Source of the DNA: an uncultured Gemmobacter sp.
GTDB taxonomy: Bacteria; Pseudomonadota; Alphaproteobacteria; Rhodobacterales; Rhodobacteraceae
Assembly (NCBI GenBank): GCA_964439015.1
Contig: CAYTMV010000001.1
Location: 34,174-98,173, forward strand
DNA: 64,000 nucleotides
Direction of reading: 5' to 3'
In this document: positions 9,432 through 20,031 of the stretch, in pieces
Numbering within the stretch: the stretch's first letter is position 1
Layout: every line of letters starts with the position of its first letter
The notes under the pieces: model-generated
What the model was told of the DNA's origin: nothing
What the model saw: only the letters and a program-made list of their open reading frames with translations
Database searches by the model: none
Position numbers and translations under genes: made by a program

Positions 9432-11771
9432 TCACTCGCCGTAAGGCACCCAGACGGTTTTCATCTCGGTCGCCTCGGCCAGAAACGCCGCCGCATCAGC
9501 GCGGGACCAATCGCGTGCCCTGCCGTAGTTGACCCAGGTGCGCTTGAGATTGCCGGCAGATTCGGCCTCGATGAGGCCCGATATATCGGCGCCGGAAAAG
9601 CTCCAGACCGCCTCGACATCCATATGCCCGGCAAGCGCCTTGGCCAGATCGCCATGCGGGCCGCTGATGATGTTGACCACGCCGCCGGGCACGTCCGAGG
9701 TTTCCAGCACCTGCCACAGATCGCAGGCCACCAGCGCGCCGGCCTGTCCCGGCACGATCACGCAGGCATTGCCCATCGCGATCGCCGCCCCCATCACCGA
9801 GACCAGCGCCAGAAGCGGCACCTCCTCGGGCAGCAGCGCACCGATCACGCCCACGGGCTCGGGCATCGCCAGCGCAAGGCCGCGCATCGGCACGGGCTTG
9901 GCACGACCTTCATGCTTGTCGGCCAATGCCGCCCAGGTGAACAGCCGCTCGATGCTGGCCTGCACCTCTGCCGTGCCATCGCGCCCGGTCAGGGCGGTGA
10001 TCCGGGCGGCAAACTCCGCCCCGCGGGCCGAGAGGTTTTCGGCGATGTAATAGACGACCTGCGCCCGGTTCCACGCGGTGGCCTTGGCCCAGCCCTTCTG
10101 CGCGGCTTGCGCGGCCTCCACGGCGTTGCGGATATCCTTGCGGTTGCCGATCGGCGCATGGCCCAACAGTTTGCCCCGCAGGCCAAACACCGCCCGGCAA
10201 TAGCCGCCATCCGGCCGGGCCTGCTTGCCGCCGACATAAAGCTTGGCAGTGCGGTCGATCCCCTCGACCAGCGGCTGCTCGGGCGGGGGCGTGTGGACCG
10301 GCGCGCGCGCTGCGACAGCCTTGGCTGCGGGTTTCAGCCAATGGCGCAACCCCTCGCGTCCGCCTTCGCGGCCAAAACCCGACTCCTTCACCCCGCCGAA
10401 ACCGGCGGCAGCGTCGAACATGTTGGTGCCATTGACCCAGACCACCCCCGCCCGCAGCTTCGGCGCGATATCGAGGGCAAGATTCACATTCTCGCTCCAG
10501 ACCGATGCCGCAAGGCCGTAGCGGCTGTTATTGGCCAGCTCCACCGCCTCGGCTGGCGTGCGGAAGGTCGTGGCCACCAGAACCGGGCCAAAGATTTCTT
10601 CCTGCATCAGCGGATCGGCGGGCGACAGACCGGTGACCAGCGTCGGCGGGAAGAAACACCCGCCCTCCGGCAGGGCGCAGTCCGGCTGCCAGACCACGCC
10701 CCCGCCGCCCGCCACCATCGCGGCGATGCGATCATGCTGCACCCGGTCGATGATCGCGCCGATATCGATGCACTTGTCCAGCGGGTTGCCCAGCCGCAGC
10801 CCGGCCATCCGCCGCTTCAGCTTGTCGACAAAGCGCGGGGCCAGCCCTTCCTGCACCAACAGGCGCGAGCCGGCGCAGCAGACCTGGCCCTGATTGAACC
10901 AGATCGCATCGACCAACCCTTCGATGGCCGAATCGACATCGGCGTCGTCAAAGACGATGAACGGGCTTTTGCCGCCCAACTCCAGCGTCAGGGCCTTGCC
11001 GGTGCCGGCGGTGGCACGGCGGATCGCGCGCCCGACTTCGGTCGAGCCGGTGAAGGCGACCTTGTCAACGCCCGGATGGGCCACCAGCGCCGCCCCGGTT
11101 TCCCCATCACCGGTGACGATGTTCAGCACGCCCTTGGGCAAACCGGCCTCGCGCGCGATCTCGGCAAACAGCAGCGCAGTCAGCGGTGTCTGTTCGGCAG
11201 GCTTGACCACCACGGTATTGCCGGCCGCCAGCGCCGGCGCCACCTTCCATGCCAGCATCAATAGCGGAAAGTTCCACGGGATCACCGCCGCGCACACGCC
11301 ATGCGGCACCATGCCCGGCGCCTCTTCCTCGATCAGCTGCGCAAGGCCCGCGTGATAGCCGAAATGCCGCGCCACCAAGGGCAGGTCGATATCGCGCGAT
11401 TCGCGGATCGGCTTGCCGTTATCCAGCGTCTCCAGCACTACGAACAGCCGCGCGTTTTTCTGCACCAGCCGCCCCAGCGCATACAGCACCCGTGCTCGTT
11501 CCGCGCCCGAGGTTTTTGACCACCGGCCAAAGGCGCGCCGAGCTGCCGCCACCGCCGCCTCCACATCCGCGCCAGTGCCTTGCGTCACCTCGGCCAGCAC
11601 CGCCCCGGTTGCCGGGTTGCGCGTTTCGAAAACCGCACCCTCATGCTGAAACCGGCCATCGACAAAGCAGCCGAACCGCCCGCCATGCCCCTTGATCCAG
11701 TCCAGCGCCTCGGTGGCGCTTTCCGGGGCCGGGCCATAGTCCATGCTTGCAAAGATATCCCGCACCGACAT
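9432..11771 (-). CDS. aldehyde dehydrogenase fused to a second, partial ALDH-like domain
   Basis: The N-terminal ~500 aa is a complete ALDH (ELGGKSP, catalytic VCCAGSR). The C-terminal ~280 aa resembles only the cofactor-binding half of an ALDH. The start is taken at MSVRDIF; an upstream in-frame start at 11798 is possible. Confidence 0.8.
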   Translation of the reverse strand: MSVRDIFASMDYGPAPESATEALDWIKGHGGRFGCFVDGRFQHEGAVFETRNPATGAVLAEVTQGTGADVEAAVAAARRAFGRWSKTSGAERARVLYALGRLVQKNARLFVVLETLDNGKPIRESRDIDLPLVARHFGYHAGLAQLIEEEAPGMVPHGVCAAVIPWNFPLLMLAWKVAPALAAGNTVVVKPAEQTPLTALLFAEIAREAGLPKGVLNIVTGDGETGAALVAHPGVDKVAFTGSTEVGRAIRRATAGTGKALTLELGGKSPFIVFDDADVDSAIEGLVDAIWFNQGQVCCAGSRLLVQEGLAPRFVDKLKRRMAGLRLGNPLDKCIDIGAIIDRVQHDRIAAMVAGGGGVVWQPDCALPEGGCFFPPTLVTGLSPADPLMQEEIFGPVLVATTFRTPAEAVELANNSRYGLAASVWSENVNLALDIAPKLRAGVVWVNGTNMFDAAAGFGGVKESGFGREGGREGLRHWLKPAAKAVAARAPVHTPPPEQPLVEGIDRTAKLYVGGKQARPDGGYCRAVFGLRGKLLGHAPIGNRKDIRNAVEAAQAAQKGWAKATAWNRAQVVYYIAENLSARGAEFAARITALTGRDGTAEVQASIERLFTWAALADKHEGRAKPVPMRGLALAMPEPVGVIGALLPEEVPLLALVSVMGAAIAMGNACVIVPGQAGALVACDLWQVLETSDVPGGVVNIISGPHGDLAKALAGHMDVEAVWSFSGADISGLIEAESAGNLKRTWVNYGRARDWSRADAAAFLAEATEMKTVWVPYGE

Positions 11772-11843
11772 CACAGCGCCCTTTTCATCATGATCCAAAT
11801 ACCCCGGGGTGAGGCCGCAGGCCGAGGGGCAGCGCCCCTTGCC

Positions 11844-12845
11844 TCAGCCCAGCCCATGGCGCCACCCGGCCGAATAATGCCCGGTCAGATGATGCTCCAA
11901 CTGCCGTTCGATATCGCCCAAAAGGCTGGAGGCGCCAAAGCGGAACAGGTCCGGTTGCAGCCAGTCATGGCCCAGCTCGTCCTTCATCAGGCTCAGATAG
12001 ACCAGCGCGTCCTTGGCCTTGGAGATCCCGCCCGCAGGCTTGTAGCCGACCTTGAAACCGGTGCGCGTCTCGTAATCCCGGATCGCGCGGATCATCGTCA
12101 GGCTGACGGGCAGGGTGGCGTTCACCGCTTCCTTGCCCGTCGAGGTCTTGATGAAGTCCGCGCCGGCCATCATGCAGACCAGACTGGCGCGGGCGACGTT
12201 GCGCAGGGTCTGCAACTCGCCCGTCGCAAGGATCGCCTTCACATGGGCCTGCCCGCAGGCGGCCCGCATCTCGCGCATTTCGTCATAGAGCGCCTGCCAG
12301 TTGCCGGTCAGAACATGGCGGCGCGAGATGACGATGTCGATCTCCTGTGCGCCCGCCTTCACGCTTTCGCCGATCTCGGCGATCCGCAGATGCCAAGGCG
12401 ACAGACCGGCGGGAAACCCGGTCGAGACGGCGGCGACCGGTATGCCCGATCCCTCCAGCGCGCGCACCGCCGGTTCCACCATCTCGTGATAGACGCAGAC
12501 CGCGCCCACGGTCAGGCCGGGCATGCCCAACGCCTCAAGCATCGCCGGCGCGATGGGCTGGCGGGCCTTGGCGCACAGCCGCCGCACCCGACCTTCGGTA
12601 TCATCGCCGGACAGGGTGGTCAGGTCGATCAGGCTGACGGCTTTCAACAGCCACGCCGCCTGCCAGTCCTTCTTGATTGACCGTCGCCCCGGCAGGGTGG
12701 CGCAGCGCCGCTCGATCGCCGAGGTGTTGGCCTGAACCGAGGCCACCCAGTCCAGATCCAGATCCATGCCGGGATTGCGCGGATGGCCGGAATGGCCGGT
12801 CAGTTGCGGCAGCGTCTGCATCTGTGTCAGCTGATCGGTCGGCAT
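11844..12845 (-). CDS. deoC: deoxyribose-phosphate aldolase (long form)
   Basis: DeoC-type TIM barrel with LIDLTTLSGDDT and FIKTSTGK (Schiff-base Lys). The ATG at 12845 has a GGAG RBS; an alternative GTG lies at 12860. Confidence 0.8.
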   Translation of the reverse strand: MPTDQLTQMQTLPQLTGHSGHPRNPGMDLDLDWVASVQANTSAIERRCATLPGRRSIKKDWQAAWLLKAVSLIDLTTLSGDDTEGRVRRLCAKARQPIAPAMLEALGMPGLTVGAVCVYHEMVEPAVRALEGSGIPVAAVSTGFPAGLSPWHLRIAEIGESVKAGAQEIDIVISRRHVLTGNWQALYDEMREMRAACGQAHVKAILATGELQTLRNVARASLVCMMAGADFIKTSTGKEAVNATLPVSLTMIRAIRDYETRTGFKVGYKPAGGISKAKDALVYLSLMKDELGHDWLQPDLFRFGASSLLGDIERQLEHHLTGHYSAGWRHGLG

Positions 12846-12922
12846 CGGCCTTTTCTCCACCCGTTCCGCAGGCAGAGTGCCACGCTGCCCCGCCTTTCGG
12901 CAAGGGCGGCAGTCGCGGGATT

Positions 12923-13336
12923 TTACCGTTCGGTCAGGTTTGTCTCCGGCTTGGTCTCGGTCAGGTTGGGCGACAAGTGCTGATCGGGCGCCTCGAAGGT
13001 GGCCCAGAGACTTTCCGTGCCAGTGGCGGGCAAGTTCTCGGTGCGTTCGGCGCCGTGCATATGTGCTTTTGCCAGGAAATTGGCGGTGACCGGCGCTGTC
13101 AGAAAGATGAACAGCGTGATCAGCAGCTCATGCCAGCTCAGATCCCCACGCGCGAACCACATGTAGGTCATCGAGGCCAGCAGCACCCCGCCCAGCCCCA
13201 GGGTCGAGGCCTTGGTCGGCGCATGCAGGCGCGTCATGGTATCTGGCAGGCGGATCAGGCCATAGCTGCCCACCAGCGCGAAGAAGCCACTCACCACCAG
13301 CAGGGCGGAAATGATGATCTCTGCAATCAGGTGCAT
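12923..13336 (-). CDS. phaG: monovalent cation/H+ antiporter subunit G
   Basis: 137 aa with MnhG/PhaG-type N-terminal helices (LRLPDTMTRLHAPTKASTLG). Confidence 0.85.
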   Translation of the reverse strand: MHLIAEIIISALLVVSGFFALVGSYGLIRLPDTMTRLHAPTKASTLGLGGVLLASMTYMWFARGDLSWHELLITLFIFLTAPVTANFLAKAHMHGAERTENLPATGTESLWATFEAPDQHLSPNLTETKPETNLTER

Positions 13337-13343
13337 GTCGCCC

Positions 13344-13613
13344 TCACTCGATGATGTCGCCGCGCAGCAGAAACTTGGCGTAGGCCACGGTCGAGATGAA
13401 CCCGGTCATGGCGAACAGCAGGGCTGCCTCGAAATTCAGGCCGGTGTTCTGCCAGATCCCGTAGGCCACCGTCAGGCCGATCATGTTCATCACCATCGTG
13501 TCCAGCGCCAGGATACGATCCGGTGGCGTCGGGCCGCGCATGAGACGCCAGAGGTTGGCCAGGAGGCCCAGCGTGAAACAGGCGCTGGCAAAGCCGAGGG
13601 CATAGCCGATCAT
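13344..13613 (-). CDS. phaF: monovalent cation/H+ antiporter subunit F
   Basis: 89-aa three-helix membrane protein at the conserved operon position. It overlaps the phaE stop. Confidence 0.8.
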   Translation of the reverse strand: MIGYALGFASACFTLGLLANLWRLMRGPTPPDRILALDTMVMNMIGLTVAYGIWQNTGLNFEAALLFAMTGFISTVAYAKFLLRGDIIE

Positions 13614-14107
13614 TCGAAGATCCTCCGCAAACGAGCCTCATACCGCGCCTTGATTTCGTCGCGCACGCTGTCGGGATCGGGGGCGTGCAGGGCATGGACC
13701 AGCAAGGCGCGGCCGTCCCCGGACATGTCGGCGGTCACGGTGCCGGGGGTCATGGTGATGGTGCCGGCCAACAGCGTGATCGCTTCGGGCGTGCGCAGAT
13801 CGATCGGCACGGTGATCCAGGCGGGACGCAGCGCATGCCGGGGCAGGAACAGCACGATCTTTGCCACCACGAAATTCGACTTCACGATGTCATGCAGCAC
13901 GATCCAAACATATTCGATCATCTGCGGCAGCCGTTTCAGGCGCAATATCGGACGGTCGGGCCACCATGCGGCAGTCAGCCATGGGATCATGATCCCGAGC
14001 AGGATCGCAAAGACCAGACTGCCCCAGCGAAACTCGTTCACAAGGCCAAGCCAGACCAGGATCAGCACCAGCGTCAAACCGGGATGAGGGAACAGGCGGC
14101 GCAGCAT
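13610..14107 (-). CDS. phaE: monovalent cation/H+ antiporter subunit E
   Basis: 165 aa, MnhE-like, at the conserved operon position. Confidence 0.8.
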   Translation of the reverse strand: MLRRLFPHPGLTLVLILVWLGLVNEFRWGSLVFAILLGIMIPWLTAAWWPDRPILRLKRLPQMIEYVWIVLHDIVKSNFVVAKIVLFLPRHALRPAWITVPIDLRTPEAITLLAGTITMTPGTVTADMSGDGRALLVHALHAPDPDSVRDEIKARYEARLRRIFE

Positions 14108-14108
14108 C

Positions 14109-15617
14109 TCAGCCCTCCGGCAGATTGTTGGCGGCGATATAGGCGGCGGGATCGTGCAGCTCGGCGGCGGTCTCGGCCAGCCACGCCGTCACAGGCCCGC
14201 TGGCCACGGTCAGGGTGGCCATCCCGGCCAGCAGCATCAGCACGGCGGCAATGGCCCAAGGTTTGCGCGGCGTGTCGAAATCATCAGCCGCGGGGGCCAC
14301 CGCATGGCTGGACCAGAACAGCAGGCTGCCAGCCCGTGCCATGCCGACGATCACCACAAGGCTGGAGCCGAGGATAGCCGCCCAGCTCAGCACACCTTCG
14401 GACGCTTGCAGGATCATCAACTTGCCGAAAAAGCCGGGCAGGGGCGGAAGCCCCGCTGCCGCCACCGCCGCCGCCATGAACAGGGCCGCGATCAGCCCTT
14501 GCTGCGGAATCGGCGCCACGGCCCGGCGCAGATCGCCCGTGCGGCGCCGTGTTGTCACCAGATCGGCGATCAGGAACAGCGCGCCCGCAGCCAAAGTGGA
14601 GTGCAGCGTGTAATAGAGCGCCGCCGCGGTATCCGGCGCGGTCCCGCCCGAAGCTGCCAGAAACAGCGTGCCCATCGAGGTGACGGCCGCAAAGGCCGCC
14701 AGCCGGTTCAGCGTCACAGCCCCCAGCACGCCTGCCGCGCCCACCACCAGCGTGGCGATCGCCGCCCAGAACATCAGATCCTGCAGCATCGTGCCGATCG
14801 CCGGGACCGAGGCTGGAAAGACCAGGGTCGAATAACGGATCGCCGCATAAGCGCCGATCTTGGTCATCACCGCAAACAGCGCCGAAACCGGCCCGGGCGC
14901 CTGCGCATAGGTGGCCGGCAGCCAGAAATGCAGCGGCACCAGCGCCCCCTTGATGGCAAAGACCATCATCAGCATCACCGCGGTGACGCGGATCAACGCC
15001 GCATCGCCTTCGGGCAGGGTCGTCAGCTTGACCGCCAGATCGGCGATGTTGAGCGTGCCGGCCACGGAATAGAGTGTGGCCAGCCCGAACAGGAACAGCG
15101 TCGAGCCGATCAGGTTATAGGCGATATACTGCACCCCGGCCTTCAGACGTGCCTTTCCGCCCGCATGGATCATCAGCCCATATGAGGCAATCAGCAGAAC
15201 CTCGAAGAACACGAAAAGGTTGAAGGCGTCGCCGGTCAGAAAGGCGCCGCAGATGCCCATCATCTGAAACTGCCACAGCGCATGGAAATGTTGCCCGCGC
15301 GCGTCCCAGCCGGAGCCAGCCGCATAGACCTGCACGACCAGGGCCAGCGCCGCGGCCAATGTCAGCATCATCGCGGCCAGCCGGTCCGCCACCAGCACGA
15401 TGCCGAAGGGCGCGGGCCAATCCCCCAGCGCATACGTCTCGGGCCCGCTGGCCGTGATGGCCGTCAGCAACAGCACCGATACCACCAGCAGCGCCGCCGA
15501 GCCAAAGATCGAGAGGACACGGGACAGCAACAGGTCGTGCCGCGCCACCAGCACGATAAAGGCACCAAGAACCGCCGGCATCACCACCGGCGTGACTATC
15601 AGATGCGACAGGCTCAT
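14109..15617 (-). CDS. phaD: monovalent cation/H+ antiporter subunit D (NuoM/N-like)
   Basis: 502-aa proton-pumping antiporter-like subunit. It overlaps phaC by 4 nt. Confidence 0.85.
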   Translation of the reverse strand: MSLSHLIVTPVVMPAVLGAFIVLVARHDLLLSRVLSIFGSAALLVVSVLLLTAITASGPETYALGDWPAPFGIVLVADRLAAMMLTLAAALALVVQVYAAGSGWDARGQHFHALWQFQMMGICGAFLTGDAFNLFVFFEVLLIASYGLMIHAGGKARLKAGVQYIAYNLIGSTLFLFGLATLYSVAGTLNIADLAVKLTTLPEGDAALIRVTAVMLMMVFAIKGALVPLHFWLPATYAQAPGPVSALFAVMTKIGAYAAIRYSTLVFPASVPAIGTMLQDLMFWAAIATLVVGAAGVLGAVTLNRLAAFAAVTSMGTLFLAASGGTAPDTAAALYYTLHSTLAAGALFLIADLVTTRRRTGDLRRAVAPIPQQGLIAALFMAAAVAAAGLPPLPGFFGKLMILQASEGVLSWAAILGSSLVVIVGMARAGSLLFWSSHAVAPAADDFDTPRKPWAIAAVLMLLAGMATLTVASGPVTAWLAETAAELHDPAAYIAANNLPEG

Positions 15618-15976
15618 GCGCGGCCCTCCGGTTTGGCGGGGGCATCATCCTCGATCCCGTCCATGTCCACGCTGTCAGATCCCGATTCCAGCCAGGCGCC
15701 GAGACCCATCATCACGATCACTGCCGTCATGCCGAAGCCGATCACGATGGCGGTCAGCACCAGGGCCTGCGGCAGGGGATCGGTATGGGCTTGCGCTGCC
15801 GGATCGAGGATCGGTGGCACGCCCACCGCAAGCCGCCCCGACACAAAGATGAACAGGTTGCAGGCATAGGACAGCAGCGCCAGCCCCAGGATCACCGGAA
15901 AGCTGCGCATCCGCAGCACCAGATACACCCCGCCCGCCGTCAGAAGGCCGATGGCCGATGCGATCAGATATTCCAT
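15614..15976 (-). CDS. phaC: monovalent cation/H+ antiporter subunit C (NuoK-like)
   Basis: 120-aa three-helix protein at the conserved operon position. Confidence 0.85.
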   Translation of the reverse strand: MEYLIASAIGLLTAGGVYLVLRMRSFPVILGLALLSYACNLFIFVSGRLAVGVPPILDPAAQAHTDPLPQALVLTAIVIGFGMTAVIVMMGLGAWLESGSDSVDMDGIEDDAPAKPEGRA

Positions 15977-15979
15977 GCC

Positions 15980-18829
15980 TCAGGTCTCCTTGCCGGGTGC
16001 GGACGGATCAATGTCCATCGCATCACGATTCACCCGTTGCCCGGCGCGCCTTGCCATCCGCGTCAACGAGTCCAGCATCAGCATCACCGCGCCCATCACC
16101 GTCAGGAACACACCCAGATCGAACAGCGCCGCGGTCGCCAGCTCGAACTTCTCGATGGGCCAGGGCGGATAGACATACCCGAAGGCCGAGGTCATGAACG
16201 GCTTGCCGTTGAACCAGGCCCCGATCCCGGTGGCAGCGGCGATCAGCACGCCCAGACCGATCAGGGCGTGGTAGTCGAACCTCAGCCGCTGATGCGTCCA
16301 GGCAAAGCCCGAGGCCATGTATTGCATCAACAGCGCGATGGCGAAGATCAGCCCGGCGACAAAGCCGCCGCCGGGCATGTTGTGGCCGCGCAGGAAGATG
16401 TAGATCCCGACAATCATTGTGATCGGCAGCATCAGACGCGTTGCCACCACCATCATCATCGGATGCCGGTCGCCGGCATCGCCCACGGTCATCCGCAACC
16501 CGCGCAGCCGGTCGGCGGCAGCACCGGGGCCAAGGATCCGCTGGGCCAGCGCAAAGATCACCAGGGCAGCGATGCCCAGCACGGTGATTTCGCCGAAGGT
16601 GTCATAGCCGCGGAAGTCCACCAGGATCACGTTCACCACGTTGGTGCCGCCGCCCTCGGTTTTCGCGTTTGCCAGATGCCAGCCGGAAATGCTGGGAAAG
16701 GCAAAATTGCGGGTCATCAAGGCAAAGGCCAGCGCGGCGGCGCCAAGCCCCGCGCCCGCCGCCACCAGCGCATCGCGTCCGCGGCGCAGCGCGCCGCTTT
16801 CACGGGGGCTACGGCGGGGCAGGAAGTTCAGCGCCAACAGCAGCAGGATGATCGTCACCACCTCGACCGAAATCTGGGTCAGCGCCAGATCGGGGGCCGA
16901 GAGATAGGCAAAGCCGACCGAGACCATCAGCCCGATCACGCCCAACAGGACCAACGACAGCAGCCGATCGCGGTGCAGGATCACCACCGCCGCCGTGGCG
17001 GACATCAGCGCCAGCCAGCCCACCAGCATGACACTATTGACCGGTTCGGCAGGGCGGTTGCCGGGGATATGGCCGCCACCGGTCCAGGCCCAGACTCCAA
17101 CCGCAACGATGGCAGCCACGCAGACCGCAAGATACCGGCCCAGCGAACCGTCATGTGCCGCCTCGGTCATGCGGCGCGACAGGGCGGCGAGGGGCTCGAC
17201 AATGCCATCAAAGATCGCTTTGGCCTCGGGGCGCGGGGCACCATCCCAGATCGCCCGCAGCGGGCGATAGGCCGCCAGCACCGCCACGCCAAAACCAAAG
17301 GCCGCCAGTGACATCCACAGCGCCGGGCTGCCCAGCCCGTGCCAGTGCTTGATATGGGCATGGGTCGGCGCGCCGGTCACCGCAGCCGCGGCGGCATCGA
17401 CCAGCGGGGCGGCAACCGTCATCGGGCCTGCGCCCAGCACCAGGACCAGCACCGCCAGAACCGCAGGCGCCGCCCACAGGCCAAAGCCCGGATCATGGGG
17501 CCGGTGCGGATAATCATCGCGCACCGGGCCAAGAAAGCCATGCACGACAAACCGCAGCGCATAGGCAACCGAGAAACCCGCGCCGATGGTGGCCAGCAGC
17601 GGCAGCAGCCAGACCGGGCCGAAAGCGGTATGTGCGGCCTCTTCCAGCATCATTTCCTTGGACAGGAACCCGTTCAGCGGCGGCACGCCCGCCATTGACA
17701 GCGCCGCCAGCGTGGCAATCGCGAAGGTCACCGGCATCAGGCGGCGCAGCCCGCCCAGACGGCTCAGGTCGCGGGTCTGGGCCTCATGGTCCACGATCCC
17801 GGCCGACATGAACAGCGCGGCCTTGAAGCTGGCGTGGTTGAGGATGTGAAACACCGCCGCAATCGCCGCGGCCTTGGTGCCAAATCCCAACAACATCGTC
17901 ACCAGCCCCAGATGCGAGACGGTCGAATATGCCAGCAGCGCCTTCAGGTCATCCTTGAACAGGGCGATCTTGGCGCCCAGCAGCATCGTCACCAGACCGG
18001 CGCCTGTGACCAGCCAGAACCACTCGGGCGTGCCCGAAAGGACGGGCGACAGCCGCGCCAGCAGGAAGATCCCGGCCTTCACCATTGTTGCCGAGTGCAG
18101 ATAGGCCGACACCGGCGTGGGCGCGGCCATTGCGTGCGGCAGCCAGAAATGGAACGGAAACTGCGCGGATTTGGTAAAGGCCCCCAGCAGGATCAGCAGC
18201 AGCGCCGGGACATAGAGGGCATGGGCGCGGATCGCCTCGCCCTTGGTCAGGATCACGCCCAGATCGTACGACCCCGCGATGTGACCCAGCATCAGCATGC
18301 CGCCGATCAGCGCCAGCCCGCCGCCCCCCGTTACCGCCAACGCCATCCGCGCGCCCTGCCGCCCCGCCGGCAGATGCCGCCAATAACCGATCAGCAGAAA
18401 AGAGGACAGCGAGGTCAGCTCCCAGAACACCAGCATCAGCAGGATGTTGTCCGACAGCACGATCCCCAGCATCGCCCCCTGAAACAGCATCAGATAGGTC
18501 AGAAACAGCCCGAAGGGATCGGATTTCGACAGGTAGAAGCGAGCATAAAGCTGGATCAGCAGACCGATACCGAGGATCAGGATCGCAAACAGAAGGCCCA
18601 ACCCGTCGAGGCGAAAATTCGCATTCAGTCCCAGAGCCGGCATCCAGTCGATCCGGGTTTCGACCACACCGCCCGCCAGAACAGCAGGCGCGTGAAGGGC
18701 GATGCCCAGCAGCGCCAAACCGGTAAACAGCGCCGCCACCAATGTTGCGGCATCGCGTCCCGCGCGGGCAATCAGGCCGGGCAAAAGCGCACCGAGGAAG
18801 GGCAGGGCTGCGATCAGGGCAAGCGACAT
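15980..18829 (-). CDS. phaA: monovalent cation/H+ antiporter fused subunit A/B (NuoL-like plus MnhB domain)
   Basis: 949 aa. It has an N-terminal NuoL/MnhA-type antiporter module and a C-terminal MnhB-like region, which is the group-2 Mrp/Pha architecture. Confidence 0.85.
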   Translation of the reverse strand: MSLALIAALPFLGALLPGLIARAGRDAATLVAALFTGLALLGIALHAPAVLAGGVVETRIDWMPALGLNANFRLDGLGLLFAILILGIGLLIQLYARFYLSKSDPFGLFLTYLMLFQGAMLGIVLSDNILLMLVFWELTSLSSFLLIGYWRHLPAGRQGARMALAVTGGGGLALIGGMLMLGHIAGSYDLGVILTKGEAIRAHALYVPALLLILLGAFTKSAQFPFHFWLPHAMAAPTPVSAYLHSATMVKAGIFLLARLSPVLSGTPEWFWLVTGAGLVTMLLGAKIALFKDDLKALLAYSTVSHLGLVTMLLGFGTKAAAIAAVFHILNHASFKAALFMSAGIVDHEAQTRDLSRLGGLRRLMPVTFAIATLAALSMAGVPPLNGFLSKEMMLEEAAHTAFGPVWLLPLLATIGAGFSVAYALRFVVHGFLGPVRDDYPHRPHDPGFGLWAAPAVLAVLVLVLGAGPMTVAAPLVDAAAAAVTGAPTHAHIKHWHGLGSPALWMSLAAFGFGVAVLAAYRPLRAIWDGAPRPEAKAIFDGIVEPLAALSRRMTEAAHDGSLGRYLAVCVAAIVAVGVWAWTGGGHIPGNRPAEPVNSVMLVGWLALMSATAAVVILHRDRLLSLVLLGVIGLMVSVGFAYLSAPDLALTQISVEVVTIILLLLALNFLPRRSPRESGALRRGRDALVAAGAGLGAAALAFALMTRNFAFPSISGWHLANAKTEGGGTNVVNVILVDFRGYDTFGEITVLGIAALVIFALAQRILGPGAAADRLRGLRMTVGDAGDRHPMMMVVATRLMLPITMIVGIYIFLRGHNMPGGGFVAGLIFAIALLMQYMASGFAWTHQRLRFDYHALIGLGVLIAAATGIGAWFNGKPFMTSAFGYVYPPWPIEKFELATAALFDLGVFLTVMGAVMLMLDSLTRMARRAGQRVNRDAMDIDPSAPGKET

Positions 18830-18995
18830 GCGGGTGTCCGTTCTGTTGTCGATCTTGACGAAGAACGGGCTATGTAACTGCCCGCGCTTGGTCTTTCACA
18901 GATGGGGTTCCTGCTTGATGGGTCAAGACAGGCGACCAAGTCAAGCAAGGGCGGGCGCATTTTACCCGCTCGGAACCCTTGGCACAGCGACAACG

Positions 18996-19934
18996 TCAGC
19001 CCTGCGGGGTCATGGCCTTGCGATGTTCTGCGCGCTTCAGCCCCAGCTGCCGCTCGCGCCAGATGATCAGAACGCCTGCCAGCATCACCAGACTTGCGCC
19101 GAACAGCATGGTGCCGGTGGGCACCTCGGAGAAAAAGAACCAGCCGATTGCAAGGGCGAAAATCATCGAGGCGTAGTCGAAGGGCGCCACGACCGAGGCA
19201 TCCGCCTCGCGATAGCTGGAGGTCAGGAAAATCTGCCCGAACCCGCCCAGAATGCCCGCCATGATCAGAATTGTCAGATCCTGCGGTCCGGGAAAGACCC
19301 AGCCGAAGGGCAGGGTAATGAAGGACAGCAGGGTCGCCGTGACAGAAAACCAGAACACGATGGCCGGCGTGCCCTCGGTATCGACCAGCTTGCGCACGAA
19401 GACTTGCGCCAGCGCGGTAAAGATCGCCCCCACCAACACCAGCATTGCCCCCAGTGCCTGTGCGTGGCTGATTGCATCGCCCTGTGTCACGGTCAGCCGA
19501 GGGGCGACGATGATCAGCACACCCGCAAGGCCCAGCGCCACCGCCGACAGCCGGAACAGCCGCACCTCCTCTCCCAGAAACATCGCGGCGAAGATCACGG
19601 TCAGCAGCGGCGCGGCATAGCCGATGGCCGTGACCTCGGGCAGGGGCAGGAAGGCGAGACTGGCAAAGCCGAAGCCCATGGCGCAGGTGCCCATCACCCC
19701 GCGCCACAGATGGCCGATCGGGTTGCGGGTCTTCAATCCCTGCCGCAACTCGCCGCGCAGCAGCAGCCAGACCAGAATCACCGGGATGGCGAAGGCCGAG
19801 CGGAAGAACACCGTCTCGCCCGCCGGCACGCGGCCGCCGGTCGATTTGATCAGCGCCGTCATGGTGATGAAGATCAGCACCGATGTCAGCTTGTAGGCAA
19901 TGCCGCGCAGCGGGCGGCGGGTCCGCGTTTCCAT
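18996..19934 (-). CDS. EamA/DMT family transporter
   Basis: 312 aa from METRTRR. It has ten predicted helices in a two-EamA-repeat layout. The annotated longer ORF start runs into the divergent ade promoter region. Confidence 0.75.
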   Translation of the reverse strand: METRTRRPLRGIAYKLTSVLIFITMTALIKSTGGRVPAGETVFFRSAFAIPVILVWLLLRGELRQGLKTRNPIGHLWRGVMGTCAMGFGFASLAFLPLPEVTAIGYAAPLLTVIFAAMFLGEEVRLFRLSAVALGLAGVLIIVAPRLTVTQGDAISHAQALGAMLVLVGAIFTALAQVFVRKLVDTEGTPAIVFWFSVTATLLSFITLPFGWVFPGPQDLTILIMAGILGGFGQIFLTSSYREADASVVAPFDYASMIFALAIGWFFFSEVPTGTMLFGASLVMLAGVLIIWRERQLGLKRAEHRKAMTPQG

Positions 19935-20031
19935 CCGCCGACCGTGGCAGGGGCAGGCCTTCATCGCAAGGGGGGCGCAATCTCTTGCGCGCCGCCGCTC
20001 ATCGCGCTTTGCTGGCCGAAAGGAGTCCCCA

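Noticed and set aside
12866-12884. TGGCAC-TCTGC-CTGCG on the minus strand just upstream of deoC, a sigma-54-like match
   Set aside because: The -12 element is CTGCG rather than TTGCA. The implied TSS would fall essentially on the deoC RBS/start, and no activator gene is nearby. It is probably a chance TGGCAC.
18915-18926. TTGATGGGTCAA upstream of the pha operon, resembling an FNR half-site pair
   Set aside because: The spacing between TTGA and TCAA is 4 nt instead of the 6 nt required by TTGAT-N4-ATCAA.
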